From the human T2T-CHM13v2.0 reference genome, Homo sapiens, in NCBI RefSeq assembly GCF_009914755.1, contig NC_060928.1: 64,000 nt of DNA. One strand, written 5' to 3'. This document shows, piece by piece, positions 27,240 through 41,435 of the stretch (the stretch's first letter is position 1; each line of letters opens with the position of its first letter). The position numbers and the translations under genes are program-made. Under the pieces are notes generated by a model, which saw only the letters and a program-made list of their open reading frames with translations, made no database searches and was not told the origin of the DNA.

Positions 27240-29975
27240 CAGACCTCCATGTCATCAATTCTCTCATCTTTTTATTCCTAAGAGATCGTAAGAAAAATTA
27301 TTAGCCCAGGAATGAGGGTAGAGAAATCGTAATCCCTCTTTTACTCCATGAAATGTGAATAAAGAGATTACTGGAGCATTGCCCATTGGAGGATTTTCCA
27401 CTCTCGCTAACCTTCAGGGGCTGAAATAGTACAACAACAGTCCACTTCTGTTTGATATTAATATTCAGCCTACATTTTTTTCTTCAGTCAACTTGTCATA
27501 AGAAATTACCAATGAGGTATTTGTTTAGGATGGTGAGAAAGTGAAATGCGGTTTGAGTGGAGTAGTTGCCATGAAAATATGAAGCACCTACTCATGTAGC
27601 TCTACTTTTGCTTCCAAAACTTGCTTGAACCCAATTTTGCATGAAATATTTCACTTTGATAATAACGTGCTGCTTTATACTCTCAACCACTTGGAAAGTC
27701 AGGCAACAATTCATGTTTATAAGATTGTCAATTTCAACCAGGAATGAGTAGCAAGCCAGAGGCTTTCTCAAGGAAATTAGCTCTTTTCAGAAGTAAGCAT
27801 GGCACTTGCTTTTGTGCATTGGTCTTATCAAGGCTTGTCAGAAGCCCCATACAACCAACCTATATGCCACAGATACTTTGAGCACCATGGTGTCTACTGG
27901 GTCATTAAGTCAAGTTGCAAAGTGGCATGTAACTGTGGTCTTTTCTTGCTCTGGGCCCATCCAAAACTGGTGGCCTTATAGGTACTTAGTAATTGGGTTG
28001 GAGCAGCAAACTCACTTGCTTTATATGTTGCTTCCAAAATACACAGATACCCACCAAACCTAATGTCTTTTCTCTTGGTGGGAAGAGTTACAAGATACAA
28101 TATATATAACAATATATCTTTATGTTTGAAGTTAACATCTTAATATATCCAGGACAGTGGACCTCTAGACACTTTCCTAAGATGGGTGGCTCATTAATAT
28201 TCACGGAGATATACCTCCCACTCTTTGGTATGCATGTATCTTACCAGGACATCTAAGATATTTGCTACTTCCTGTTCAGTAGGACTAAATATGATGGTCA
28301 ATGTGGTATTGTAAGAACATCTACTAATTATTTTGTGCTCTAGGTTATGACATAACAAGATCATGTAGCCCTAAGTAAGGACAGAGAAGGTATGGTACTC
28401 TTTCTGCCACATGAAAATAAACTGATCCAATTGTCTTTGGTAATCAGCATGTAGAAGAAAAAAGGCTCTTAGTGATCTATAGCTGCAAGCCATGAGCTCT
28501 GTGGATTTCATTCCATAATGAGATCACATCTGAAACAACAGTTGCAGTTGAAGCTACCACTTGAAATGTCTACAATAAATCATTGTTATTTTCCAAGATA
28601 AATCTGTCTTCCACACAGAATAAATAGGTGGGTTCAATAAAGATTAACTAAAGGAATCACTACCCCTACATTCTTCTGGTCTTTGGTAAAAGCAGTGCCC
28701 TTTACCATTCCCTCAGGAATGCAGTATTACTTTTGATTGATTATTTGGAAGGGAAGCCAATTCCAGGGCTTCCTGTTCACTTTTCCTACCACCATAGCCC
28801 TCAATCCACATTCAGAGAACCAAGGTGGGGATTTTGCAAGTTGAAGAATATGTCTCTGCCAAACTGCAAATTTGAAAACTAGCAGAAGGTTGACTCTCAG
28901 ACTAAATGGGCCTACAGTGAAACATTTGGGTGAAACATTTATTACCTGAATGTTTACTACTATGTATTGGGAGCGTTTCCAGTAGGCCTTTCCTTTAACT
29001 AGTGGAGCACTATGATATTTTGGATCCCCAGATATTAACTTTATCTTAGAACCAGTTTTCAGTGTTTCTCTTTCCCTGGTGCCTAGTCACCATGGTAGAA
29101 TGGCTACAGGTCCCCTTCAGGGAGATTAGAGGGAGATTCACAGCTCATACTTGTGCTTTTGCATGGCCTTTCCTCAATAATATTCATCCTCCCCTTCAAG
29201 TGGCTTCAGATCTGTGAAATGGCATGGGTCTGGAAACTGATTTAGGGGCAACTGCAGTGACACATATCTGGTCTGTTTAAAAACCTAGAGTTACGTGTAT
29301 TTATTTTAGAGATCCAGTGAGATTTCTGTAGGCTTCCCATCAATCTAATTGACATCAGCAGTTAGCTGCCTCTAAAGATCTCTACAGGTTACATTGTTCT
29401 GGTTATTGCTCCAACTTTCATGCCTATTCCAGAATCAGAGGCCACCTTATATCTAGAGATTAAGTGCTGACACTTAGCCTCTGTCGCTCTCAGATTCCAC
29501 TTTTCCCCAATAAAATCAAGGAGTATGTTTTATTGAATCATATCTGCCATAATTCCTGACCTGCAAAGAACCACTTTAGAGCTTTCCAAGGGCAGTAGAG
29601 ATCCCTTCCCGACGATATGTCTTAGTGCTGCAGAAGGAATATATTCTGGGACTTCTTAGGGTGTATAGCAGGCATTGGGTGAACAAGATCCACATAATAA
29701 AGCTACTACAACATTTCTATCTCCTTTTTTCTTTTGACTTCTTTGGAATACACAAAGTTCTGGAATCTCAAGTTCACTAATATAGGACACAGTTGAGTCC
29801 AGATGTCTATCAAACAATTAACTATTGGAACTACTCTTAGCTGCTTGAGCTTACTCATTAAAGAAAGAACTTCTCATAAATGTAGTCTGTTAATATCTTC
29901 TGCCTGATAGAATGTTAGATGAGTTCCTCCCCAGTTTAACACCCTTAGAATCCATTCCCACCAGTATTCCTCAGG
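27240..29975 (-). mobile_element. Decayed ERVL internal region continued: RNase H, RT, protease, gag
   Basis: Minus-strand degenerate motifs: LACY.FLVE (~27730-27760), YHIDH replacing YIDD followed by EQEVA (~28263-28310), WQKEYHTFSVL.*GY (~28364-28408). Confidence 0.75.
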
Positions 29976-30039
29976 TTTGAATTAAAATAAATTAAAAATA
30001 CATTGTGATTATTTTGGTATTCATGCTATCTTTCCCTTT

Positions 30040-31305
30040 TACTTTCACATACATTTTAAAATTGCTACAAAATATTTTATATATTTGTGAGGTACATGTG
30101 AGTATTTATTGCATGCATAGAATGTGTAATAATCAAGTCAGGGTATTTGGGGTATTGATTACCTTGAGTGTTTATCATTTCTATGTATTGGGAACATTTC
30201 CAGTGTTATCTTCTAGCTACTTTGTTATATATAATACATTGTTTCTAACTGTAGTCAGCCTACTCTACCAAAGAATATTGGAGATTACTTCTATCTAACT
30301 CAGTGTTTGCACCCAGTAACCAACTTCTTTTTATCCCCCACTCCCACCCACCCACCCTTCACACCCTCTGGTATCTATCATTCTAGACTCTATTTCCATG
30401 AGATCAACTATTTTAGCTCCGACATGTGAGTGAGAACACTGTATCTGTCTTTCTGTGCCTGGTTTATTTCACTTAATATAATGTCCTCCAGTTCTATCCA
30501 TGTTGCTGCAAATAGCATAATTTAATTCTTTCTCTATTTCCAAATAGAATAGCATTGTGCATATATGCCATATTTTCTTTATCCATTTGTCTGCTGATAG
30601 ACACAGATTGATTTAATATCTTTGCTATTGTGAATAGTGCTGCAGTAAGCACGTAAGTGCAGGTAACCCTTTGATGTATAGATTTCTTTTCCTTTGGATA
30701 AATACCCAGTAGTAGGATTCCTGGATCATGTAGTGGTTCTATTTTTAGTTTTAAGAAATCTTCATAGTGTTTTTCATAGTGGCTGCACTAGTTTACATTC
30801 CCAACAGTGTATAAACGTTTACTTTTCTCTCCATCCTTGCTAGCATCTGCTATGTTTTGCCTTTTTAATAACAGCCATTCTAACTGGAGTAAGGTGATAT
30901 CTTATTGTGGTTTTGATTTACATTTCCCTGATTAGTGATGTTGAACAATTTTTCATATACCTGTTGGCCATTTGTATGTTTTCTTTTGAGAAATATCTAT
31001 TCCTTTGCCTGCTTTTTAATGGGACTTTTTAAATTGTTGGTTTGCTTGAGTTCCTTGTATATTCTGGATATGAGTCTCTTGTCAGATGAATAATTTGCAA
31101 ATATTTTATCCCACTCAAGAGGTATCTCTTCACTCTGCTGTTTCCTTTGCTCTATAAATGCTTTTTAGTTTAATATAATCTGATTTATCTATTTTGTTTT
31201 AGTTGTCTGTGCTTTTGAGGTCTTAGCCATAAAATCTTTGCTAGACTGATGTCTTGAATTATTTCCTCTACGTTTTTCCACAGTGGTTTTATAGTTTGGG
31301 ATCTT
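30040..31305 (-). mobile_element. L1MA (MA1-4-like) 3' end
   Basis: ggtacatgtgagtattt...aatcaagtcagggtatttgggg...tctgtgcctggtttatttcacttaa...ccattctaactggag. Confidence 0.9.
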
Positions 31306-31670
31306 AATGTTTTACACACTTTCTAGTTGTTTACATGCAGCATGCCGAGATCTAACTCTAGTTATGGGTCTAGAGACAACAAGAAGTAGGGAAATCACAT
31401 TTCAAAGAATAGGATAACTGCCTCAAATCAAAATAATAAAAGGTTTCCAAGAGAAGGAATCTAATCCTGAGACCAAGGAAGCCAGCCAATTTCTTCTAGA
31501 CAGGCACAACAGAACCCAAAGCATAAGGATAAACAAATCATTCTGAATCCATCCATATTACTCAAGTTCAGTTCTTCAGGACAACTGTGTCCTGATTTTC
31601 ATAAAGGAAATCTGATAAGACTATGAATTCAACTTGCACTGTAATTATGTAAGTACCAAGATAAAATTAG

Positions 31671-32012
<342 letters not shown>

Positions 32013-33049
32013 AGAAGATATTCTTGTAGGGTAGTCATAGGAGTTTTCTGATGGACCTAGATCTACTTCTAGTAGCGAATACTGACTACATCAGCCAGCG
32101 TCGCATAGGAGTACAGAAACTACTCCAAACATTTCAGGCAAGAATGAGTGTGATACAGAGAATTAGAGGATTACAAAACTACAGAAAAGCCTTTGGGTAG
32201 GAAGGACTGGAAGTCATTGCTTATGTTAAGGAACTCAGATGGTGCATGAATCACCAGGAACAATTGCGGATGATCTCTTCTGCCTGAAGCAGCACAATGG
32301 CTGGTTCATAGGAGGTTCCCAGAAGCAGATTAGAAAGGCAGTGTTCTTTTCCAGATACTGTCTAGCATTTCAAATAATATGCTTTAAAGGAGTTACTTCA
32401 ACCATGAAATGTCTCTGTTTGGCTCCCTTTAATGGGGTAATCAAAATTATTATATGCTTTCAGAAACAAGCACACATTTATTTTGATTAAGTAAACAAGA
32501 ACACTAAAATAAAAAGAATGCAAAACAAAAATCCGAATACAATATAAACATTTTCATTTGTGGCCTATTTTTATTTTTCATTTGTTAACTCTTACCAGTG
32601 TTACATAGACTATTACAAATGCTTACTCTAATAGTCAATGCTTTTCTCATTTTCACCAGCAACCTAAAAAAATAAAATGATAAGGATTGTGAGAAAATTA
32701 ATTCAATATTTAATAAATGCCAAATTGATAGTTTTTGATAAGAATGATCTTCAAATAAAAATACACATTTGTTCTTATAGATCAAAGAAGAATATTTTAT
32801 TTTATTTTATATTTTATTTTATTTTACTTTATTTTATTTTATTTTTATTTTCTGGTTAAAAGAGAAAGAATTTTCCTTAAGGTATTTTAGCCTCTTAACC
32901 CATGTCTTGCTCCTCACCACAGAATTTGAGTTGCCTCATCAAAGTGATTGGTTCATTTTTCATCTGATTGGAAATAATTACCTTAAAATTTGGAAGTAAA
33001 AGGCATTTGGTCTCTTTATGCTTGCTCCATTCAGAACAGTGCAAGAGCC

Positions 33050-33210
33050 TATTGCAGAAATAGCACCAGTTCTTTACCTCTGCCTGTATCCTGCCCTTTG
33101 CTACATGACTTCTCTATTTTTCTCCTTAAAAAAGCATTTTTCCTTGCTTTTTGATTTTGGGGTCTGGCATATGACGTGTTTTGGCCAATGGAATGTTAAC
33201 AGATTTGACA
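33050..33210 (+). mobile_element. MLT1 (G/H-like) LTR fragment
   Basis: ccctttgctacatgactt...tatgacgtgttttggccaatggaatgt. Confidence 0.55.
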
Positions 33211-34092
33211 CCATGTATTTGTTACATTTAGATTAACAAAATGGAAACAAGCTTTGAAATCTGCTGTCAATAATGTATTTATTAAAATAATCAATACACA
33301 TTTGGTAAGCTTTAAAATTACCAGTGGACCAATGCCATTCCTTGGGTTGCTATTTATTTCAACAAAGATCATTCAGTTGCAGGCTTCAAGGCAGAACTTC
33401 TATTAGAGTTTCAGAGAAAATGCTCCCAAAGTCTTATCTTAAAAAAATTGTCCCTGAATTTTATAAAACCTGAGTAGTTTAATTAGGATACGTCTTTTTC
33501 TCAGATGTTGATATGCTGTTCTAATTCTTTCAAGTGCATAATTGTAAACTACTTAATTTCTATTGGATACATTGAATAGAGTATCTTACAATTTATTTTT
33601 TAATGCCAATATTTAGAAAAATCTAGAAATTCTGTCTCATTGAAATTAAGACAACTTTTGAAAGTTAACTAATGTTTGTGAGAGAACACAGTTTATACAT
33701 AGTCATTTAGGGAATTATAAGCAAAATGTTTACAGACCACTGAACTGGCCTTTCACCTTGGCCTATAGGACCATTAGCTTACTTGTGATAGAATTCAAAA
33801 CCCAGCAATAGTTAAATGCAGATTAGGATCAACTGCTTTTCTACACTCTTATCATAAAGTTACCATGAATGTGAGTCTCATGGCACATTCTGCTACACAC
33901 AGACAACAGGAGGTCATGTAATATTTTGTATAAACTCAATGAAAATCCAAGCTTCCTGTCTTCTTTGGTGCCTCAAAAAGATCTTATTTGAAAGTTGTAC
34001 TTCAAGAAAACAAAACAAGATTCCAATGGAAGACTATGGCCCACCATCCATTGAAGTAAAAAAACTCAAAATCCTCGGAGAACTAGTGAAAG

Positions 34093-34797
34093 TGAGAGGA
34101 GGTGCCAGCTGGGCTTCCTGGGTTGAGTACGGGCTCAGAAAGCTGTGAAACTCACTCATTTCCTGCATCGGGACTTACTTCAGTCCTGGATGAATAATAT
34201 GGAAGACATATGCTTAAACTATTCCTAACACCAGGTTTTGTGCGTGTTTTCTTCCCCAAGAAAGCTATAAACAGCAAAAATTTTGCTGTAAGTTTCCCTG
34301 TGTCTTCTCTCCCTCTCTCCCTTCCCCCTCCCCTGAAACTAAAGTAAAAGAAATGTTAACTGCCCATTTTTTTGTGACCAGTGGACCTTATCTATACTCC
34401 CAGTTCCAATTCCTTGTGAACATACTTTGTAAAGTCCTGTAAGATCCTGTCTCCTTTGCCATGCTCCTGCAAGATCATAAGGTAAATAAAACCTAAGCCG
34501 CAATTCTGGTTTTCCTCAAGATCTAAGACATGTCACAAATGGTTAATTGTCTTTGTTTCTCGCTCTGGTAACTTCTTCCTGCTGCACGTATTTCCCACCT
34601 TAAAGAGTTTAAAAGGCAATCGTATAATCTAACTCTGGCTACCCGTTCGGGACCAGGCTGTGGAATCTTTGTACTTTCACTCTGCTCAATAAAGCCTACA
34701 GCTTTTTCTTGCCCTCGGTCCGTGTCTCTACCACTTGCCGCGGTCAGCCGCCACACCAATTCTTTGACGTGGCTAGACAAGAACATGAGGCGTTACA
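34093..34797 (+). mobile_element. ERV1 solo LTR, LTR30-like
   Basis: tgagaggaggtgccagctgggcttcctggg...ctcagaaagctgtgaaactc; AATAAA near 34688; TG..CA ends; TSD AAAG at 34089-34092 and 34798-34801. Confidence 0.88.
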
Positions 34798-35092
34798 AAA
34801 GGATGAAAGACATTTTAAGGATCAAGTATTACGTACCACAACCAAAGGGTACAATGTCCTTGACTCACTAAACTCTTAATGCCATTTGTGCAAGGATGAG
34901 AAAGATCGTGATACTATTAATTTTACCAATGAAAATCCATTTCCAATATATATCAAGCAACTTAGCAAATCCTCTAGTGTAGGAAATAAAAATCATTGAA
35001 ATTTTTGTAGTAGATAACTCCTGGTGACTTCCTGATTAGAATTCTAGCTGACCAGTGACAGAGTCTGCATTCCCAATTAGGGCAATCGATCC

Positions 35093-36098
<1,006 letters not shown>

Positions 36099-37067
36099 AT
36101 CCCATCAAGGTTACAAATCAAACTGACATATACATGAATTAATACTTTCTGTGCCGAAGTGTGTTTAACGTAATTACATACATCATAAGTCACTGGATAT
36201 ATGAGTATGTAATTAAATACTATCAGATTGTTTTCCAAAATGACTCTACCTGTTAGTATTTGCACCAGCAGAGTATCAGAACGTCTAAATTCCACGATCT
36301 TGGCAACACTTGCTGTTATCCAAATTAGTCATTTTTTAACATTCTTTTGAATTTTAATTTGCATATTTCCAAATAATAGTAAATTTGAGTATTTTTTTCA
36401 GACCATATTTTCAAAAACTGTATGGGCCAATTGGGCTTCCCTTCTGTGAATTGCATGATCATACGCCTTGTTCATATATCTGCTGGGCTTCCTGTCTCTG
36501 CCTTGTTGATTTATACTCACAAATAAATATTGCATGCTAATTAGATCCTTCACCTTTCAACAAACAGAGATTCTTTCAGGTTATATTTAGGAGGTTTATT
36601 GGAAAAAAGTACATATAAAAATAGGGAAGGCAAACATCTCTGGAGTACAACTGGGGATCCAGGAACAGTGAAGCCTTGATTAGAATCTATTTTTACAACT
36701 GGAAAGCTCCAAATAGAGATCCAAATAGCTCTGGAGACAGATTACGTATTAATAGTGCTCCACCCATATCCCTTAGGGGTTGTATTATTTGCTTGTTTTT
36801 TAATTTGTTTGTCACCTCCTTTGACATTTTCCACATCTAATAGCCAGAATTTGCAAACATTTTTCAGTAGGCTTTGGACTACTGGATCTTTTCTTTGCTC
36901 GTGTTCTGGAATCCCTAAATCCCTAGAAAATTATGTTCCTTCAAGACAGTCCTTTAAAAAATGACCAACTGGCCTGAGGTTAGAAGAACCTTAACTCTCT
37001 TGCCTCCCATCAGATAACTCTGAGACCCGATTTACATTCCTGAATTCCCTGCCAGAGCAGTCTGAAG

Positions 37068-37161
37068 CTGGGTGACCAACTCATCCCAGTATGCCCCCAA
37101 CGTTTCCACTTTTAGCACTGAAATTCTCATGTCCTGGAACCCCTTCAGACCCATGCAAACC
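37068..37161. mobile_element. MER81-like hAT fragment
   Basis: gggtgaccaact...ttttagcactgaaa...gtcctggaacccc...gcaaacc. Confidence 0.65.
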
Positions 37162-37192
37162 TACTTGATGCTTTGCCTGAGTTCATATTATT

Positions 37193-37808
37193 TTTTTTTA
37201 ATTTTTTTAGTATTTATTGATCATTCTTGGGTGTTTCTTGGAGAGGGGGATTTGGCAGGGTCATAGGACAATAGTGGAGGGAAGGTCAGCAGATAAACAT
37301 GTGAACAAAGGTCTCTGGTTTTCCTATGCAGAGGGCCCTGCCACCTTCCGCAGTGTTTGTGTCCCTGGGTACTTGAGATTAGGGAGTGGTGATGACTCTT
37401 AACGAGTATGCTGCCTTCAAGCATCTGTTTAACAAAGCACATCTTGCACCACTCTTAATCCATTTAACCCTTAGTGGACACAGCACATGTTTCAGAGAGC
37501 ACGGGGTTGGGGGTAAGGTTACAGATTAACAGCATCCCAAGGCAGAAGAATTTTTCTTAGTACAGAACAAAATGGAGTCTCCTATGTCTACTTCTTTCTA
37601 CACAGACACGGTAACAATCCGATCTCTCTTTCTTTTCCCCACATTTCCCCCTTTTCTATTCGACAAAACCACCATCATCATCATGGCCCGTTCTCAATGA
37701 GCTGTTGGGTACACCTCCCAGACAGGGTGGTGGCCAGGCAGAGGGGCTCCTCACCTCCCAGACAGGGCGGCGGCCGGGCGGGGGCTGCCCCCAACCTCCC
37801 GGACGGGG
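37193..37808 (-). mobile_element. 5'-truncated SVA (SVA_A-like): poly-A, SINE-R and last VNTR units
   Basis: tttattgatcattcttgggtgtttct...gggagtggtgatgactcttaacgag...cccaaggcagaagaatttttcttagtacagaacaaaatgg, then GC-rich VNTR units; perfect 16-bp TSD ctgagttcatattatt at 37177-37192 and 37809-37824. Confidence 0.97.
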
Positions 37809-39120
37809 CTGAGTTCATATTATTATCTTCCTCTCCACTGTCCTGCTTTCCTTACCCCTTATTAGTGTCTATTAGGACTGATTCCTTAATAAATGATTTG
37901 CACACAAAGTTGTTTCAGAGTCTGCTTCTGGGGAAACTGACCTAAGATATTCACTTAACTACTGTTTTCTGATCCGTATTCTAACGCCCTATTTTATTAA
38001 GTTTCAGCTAGCATTTTGTGATATTTTGGCTCCTATTCTTGCTACCTACAACATGTATCTTCAAGGTTTAATTTCTTACTTCCATAGAGACAATGATGAC
38101 CTGACTGGTCCAGTTAGTAGCATGATCCTCTTGGGCAAAATTTAGGCACCAAATTCAAAGGTAGCCCATCAGCCTGTAGATTGTCAATTCTTGGGTTAGA
38201 TAATCAGGCTTGCTGCAATTAGCTGTGGCCAAGAAGGGTGAGAATAAGTGGTCTCTAGCTTGGCTGTCAGCATAACAATCCCTTAGAAGGGAGCTGCAGG
38301 ATATGGGCACACAGGCATTAAAAGGCTTGTAGCCTATTTAGCACATGCTATTTGTCTTAAAATAGCTTTTATTTTAAAAAATTAAAACAAACAAAGGACT
38401 TTATTTTATTAAATGCTTAATTTCTTGCAAATTCAGAAGTCTTATGCTGTGTTACCCGAGAAACATTTTCTGTAAAATTAATACAATAGAAATCAGCTAA
38501 AAGGCAAAGTAAAAAGTAGTGGCACAGGACAAATGTTTTGAAAAACCTCATTGTCTTACTGTGCCAAAAGAGAAAATATTAAAGGAATTTAGAAGTAGCA
38601 AAATTTGTAGTAATGCCATTTCATTCATTAATGCATATAGTAACATCAATAAGGCACGTAGATCCGTATAATGTACAGCTTATGAATACGTAAGCATGAA
38701 AGGTTTTATCTTTTTGCATAATACTAGATGATTCCACTTAAAACATTTTTGGTTTTGATGTGAGATTTTGCAGGCATGAGGCTTGATTTTCTTTTCAAGC
38801 TCTGCAATTTGTTTGAACTTATTTACATAAGGAACACCAAATTAGCTTGTTATACTAAGAGTCATTCAAGTATGTCCAATTTGCATTCCCGTATTTGAAT
38901 CCCACACATTCAATTTAATTTTCTTTCCATTGCTTTTTCTGGCTTTCTTAAAATGATTAAGGATGATATACTTATTTTTGGATGCTTCATAGCTGTACTT
39001 CCCAGGAAATTTGCCTAATTCAGAAGATTTTATTATCTTTTATTTTAAACCCACTTTCACTTCAGGAGGATGGCAGAGGTTCTGAAAATTCAAGCATCTC
39101 TAAAGATTTTGCATCTATTG

Positions 39121-39170
39121 CAAAGATTCTTGCTTGTAGGGGCAACAAAGATTCTTGCTTATAGGGGCAA
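39121..39170 (+). repeat. 25-bp tandem duplication
   Basis: caaagattcttgcttgtaggggcaa / caaagattcttgcttataggggcaa, one mismatch. Confidence 0.95.
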
Positions 39171-39717
39171 TTATTACAGTGTCTATTCTTTTAACATGGG
39201 ATTGTGTCTGTATCTGTTGTATGGACATTGAAGGTACTTTTAATCCAAGAGATTTTTGATACATTTTTCCTTTTGTTTAAACATTAAGATGATTCCTGGA
39301 TTTCCTTTCATATTCTTCTGCAGGCAGCCTTTATATTGTCAGGAAATGTCATTTTACTTTACTTGATGAGAACTTCTTCGATGCTTCCTGTTCTCTGTAA
39401 AAATACTAGCAGCCTTCAGCCTGAGAACAACAGGCTTCTTTCTGTTCTTTGAAGCATTACTTGACCAAAAGAAAGTTTAGATCAGATTACAGTGTGCCTT
39501 GAGACTCTTTGTAGCTTTTGGTCTATATCTTTTCAAATAACCATGGCTTTCACTTTATTGAAAATCTTCAACCTTTTAATTAAAATGACTAGTACACAAT
39601 ATAAAAATCAAATACAACTAAAGAACTTACAATAACTGGCAATGATTCCCTTGGTCTCTCAATCCAACACTTTTGGCACCCAGTCTTTCTAAAGGCAATA
39701 AATAACGTTTAATTGAG

Positions 39718-40206
39718 TGTGGGAGTTCAGTCAGGCTAGTGGGAAACATTTTAAAGATAGTTACAAAAAATAGGCACAAACCTTCTTGGAAGGCCGGGGG
39801 TTTGCATAAGCTCCAGTAATAAATCTGGCTGAAGGCAGCCTAATCCTTACCTTGAGTAAATAACTTAGAGGAGGTACACAGGAATGTAAGGGAGCTTATC
39901 TAAATAGCTTGTTTACTCCTAAGACCAACCTTTGATTACCCCGGGTGCATAATCGCTCTCTATGCGGGAGGTCAGCTATGTCAATTACCCTCTAGTGGTG
40001 TTTACTCAAGACCTTTGTCATTTAATCTCTACTAAATAAATGCGAGCTTTGCTGGCTGAGAGGCGCAGGGGCTGCAACTCTTTACGCACCCTCCTTGGTG
40101 TCTGTAAGTGGCCCAGACCCTCAGCGGGACTGACAGGCAAAATATCCGTGTCAGTATACGTTATTCATCCATCGTTGGGTCAGAGTCTGCAGGACAGACC
40201 CCAGCA
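39718..40206 (+). mobile_element. LTR22-family (HERV-K HML-5) solo LTR
   Basis: tgtgggagttcagtcaggctagtgggaaa...ggacagacccc..ca; 6-bp TSD ATTGAG at 39712-39717 and 40207-40212, typical of betaretrovirus-like integration. Confidence 0.9.
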
Positions 40207-40879
40207 ATTGAGGGTTTAGTTGTAATGACTTTTTGTAAAAATCATCTTTAATATAATTCAGCTACCATATTTTAAAATATAATTTTAAAATCTTTTTTTA
40301 CTTTCTGTTATGACAGATATGATTGAGCCTGCTCATTTCCTGCCACCAGTTTCCCTTTTTTGATATAATTACATCATTTTTGGATTCTTCAACTGGTTTC
40401 CTTAAATTAAAAAAAAAAAAAAGAAAAGAAAATCAACATCTCTCTCAGTCTCTTTCCCCTCTCTCTGTTTCCCACTCTCTTTCTCTTTGTGGAAACATAG
40501 ATGTTATATTGTCTTAAGCCAAAAGGGAAGACATAAAAATAGTTTGTTTACCCAAGTGTAATAACAAGGCCTCCAGTAAGATTTAGATGATTTCTGCTAA
40601 GATTTATAATACTGCAATCTTTAGCAGCTAATTGTTATAGGCAGTACTCCAGACACCTCTGTTTCACTTCCTATCTCCAGATTTTTGAGGTTGATGAATA
40701 ATATTTATAATAACAATAATAACAACTGTTGTTGTAGTACAACAACAGACACTGAGTGTTTAGTGTTAGGCATTGTTACAAATTCCTGTTACACATTTTA
40801 AAATCCTTACCACTGTCTTTAAGGTGTTACTATGCCCATTTAACAGATAAGGAATCAGAAGCACAGTGAAATTACGTTA

Positions 40880-41435
40880 TTTATCTGTTCTGGTTACTAC
40901 TGCTGCAAAATAAAACACCCCAATACTTAAGAACTATTGATTATGCTCATGTATTATATGAGTCAGAAGTTTGAACAGTGTCCAGCAGCTATAGCTTGTC
41001 TTTCTTCTAAGCTATCTGGAATTTATGATGGGACTAACCAGAGTTGGGGGTGGTTATCTGCAAGGAATCATCTGCAGGTTTTTCCACTCACAAATCTGGC
41101 AGTTGATGGTTGCTTTTGGTTGTAATCTCAGTTGGGGCTGTCAACTAGAACACCTACAGGTGCCCTCTGTGTGTGATCTGGATTTCCTCACAGCACAGTA
41201 GCCCAGAGCTGTCAGATTTCTCCATGTTATCTCTGGACTACAAAGAGGGGTGGGGGAAATTGACCCAGTTAATAAGGAGGAAGCTGAATTGCCTTTTATG
41301 AACTAGCATTGGGAGTCATGCAATATTACTTCTTTTGCTTTGTGCTGGTTACAAGCAGGTCACAAGCCTGCTGAAATTCAAGGATAAGATTCTAGAAGAT
41401 AAGGTATTTTTATGTCCATCTTCAGAAAATACATT
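40880..41435 (-). mobile_element. Old MLT1 LTR (next to a MIR fragment at ~40750-40880)
   Basis: ctgctgcaaaataaaacaccccaatactta...ctcagttggggctgtcaactagaacacctaca...ttgccttttatga...caagcctgctgaaattcaagg. Confidence 0.7.
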
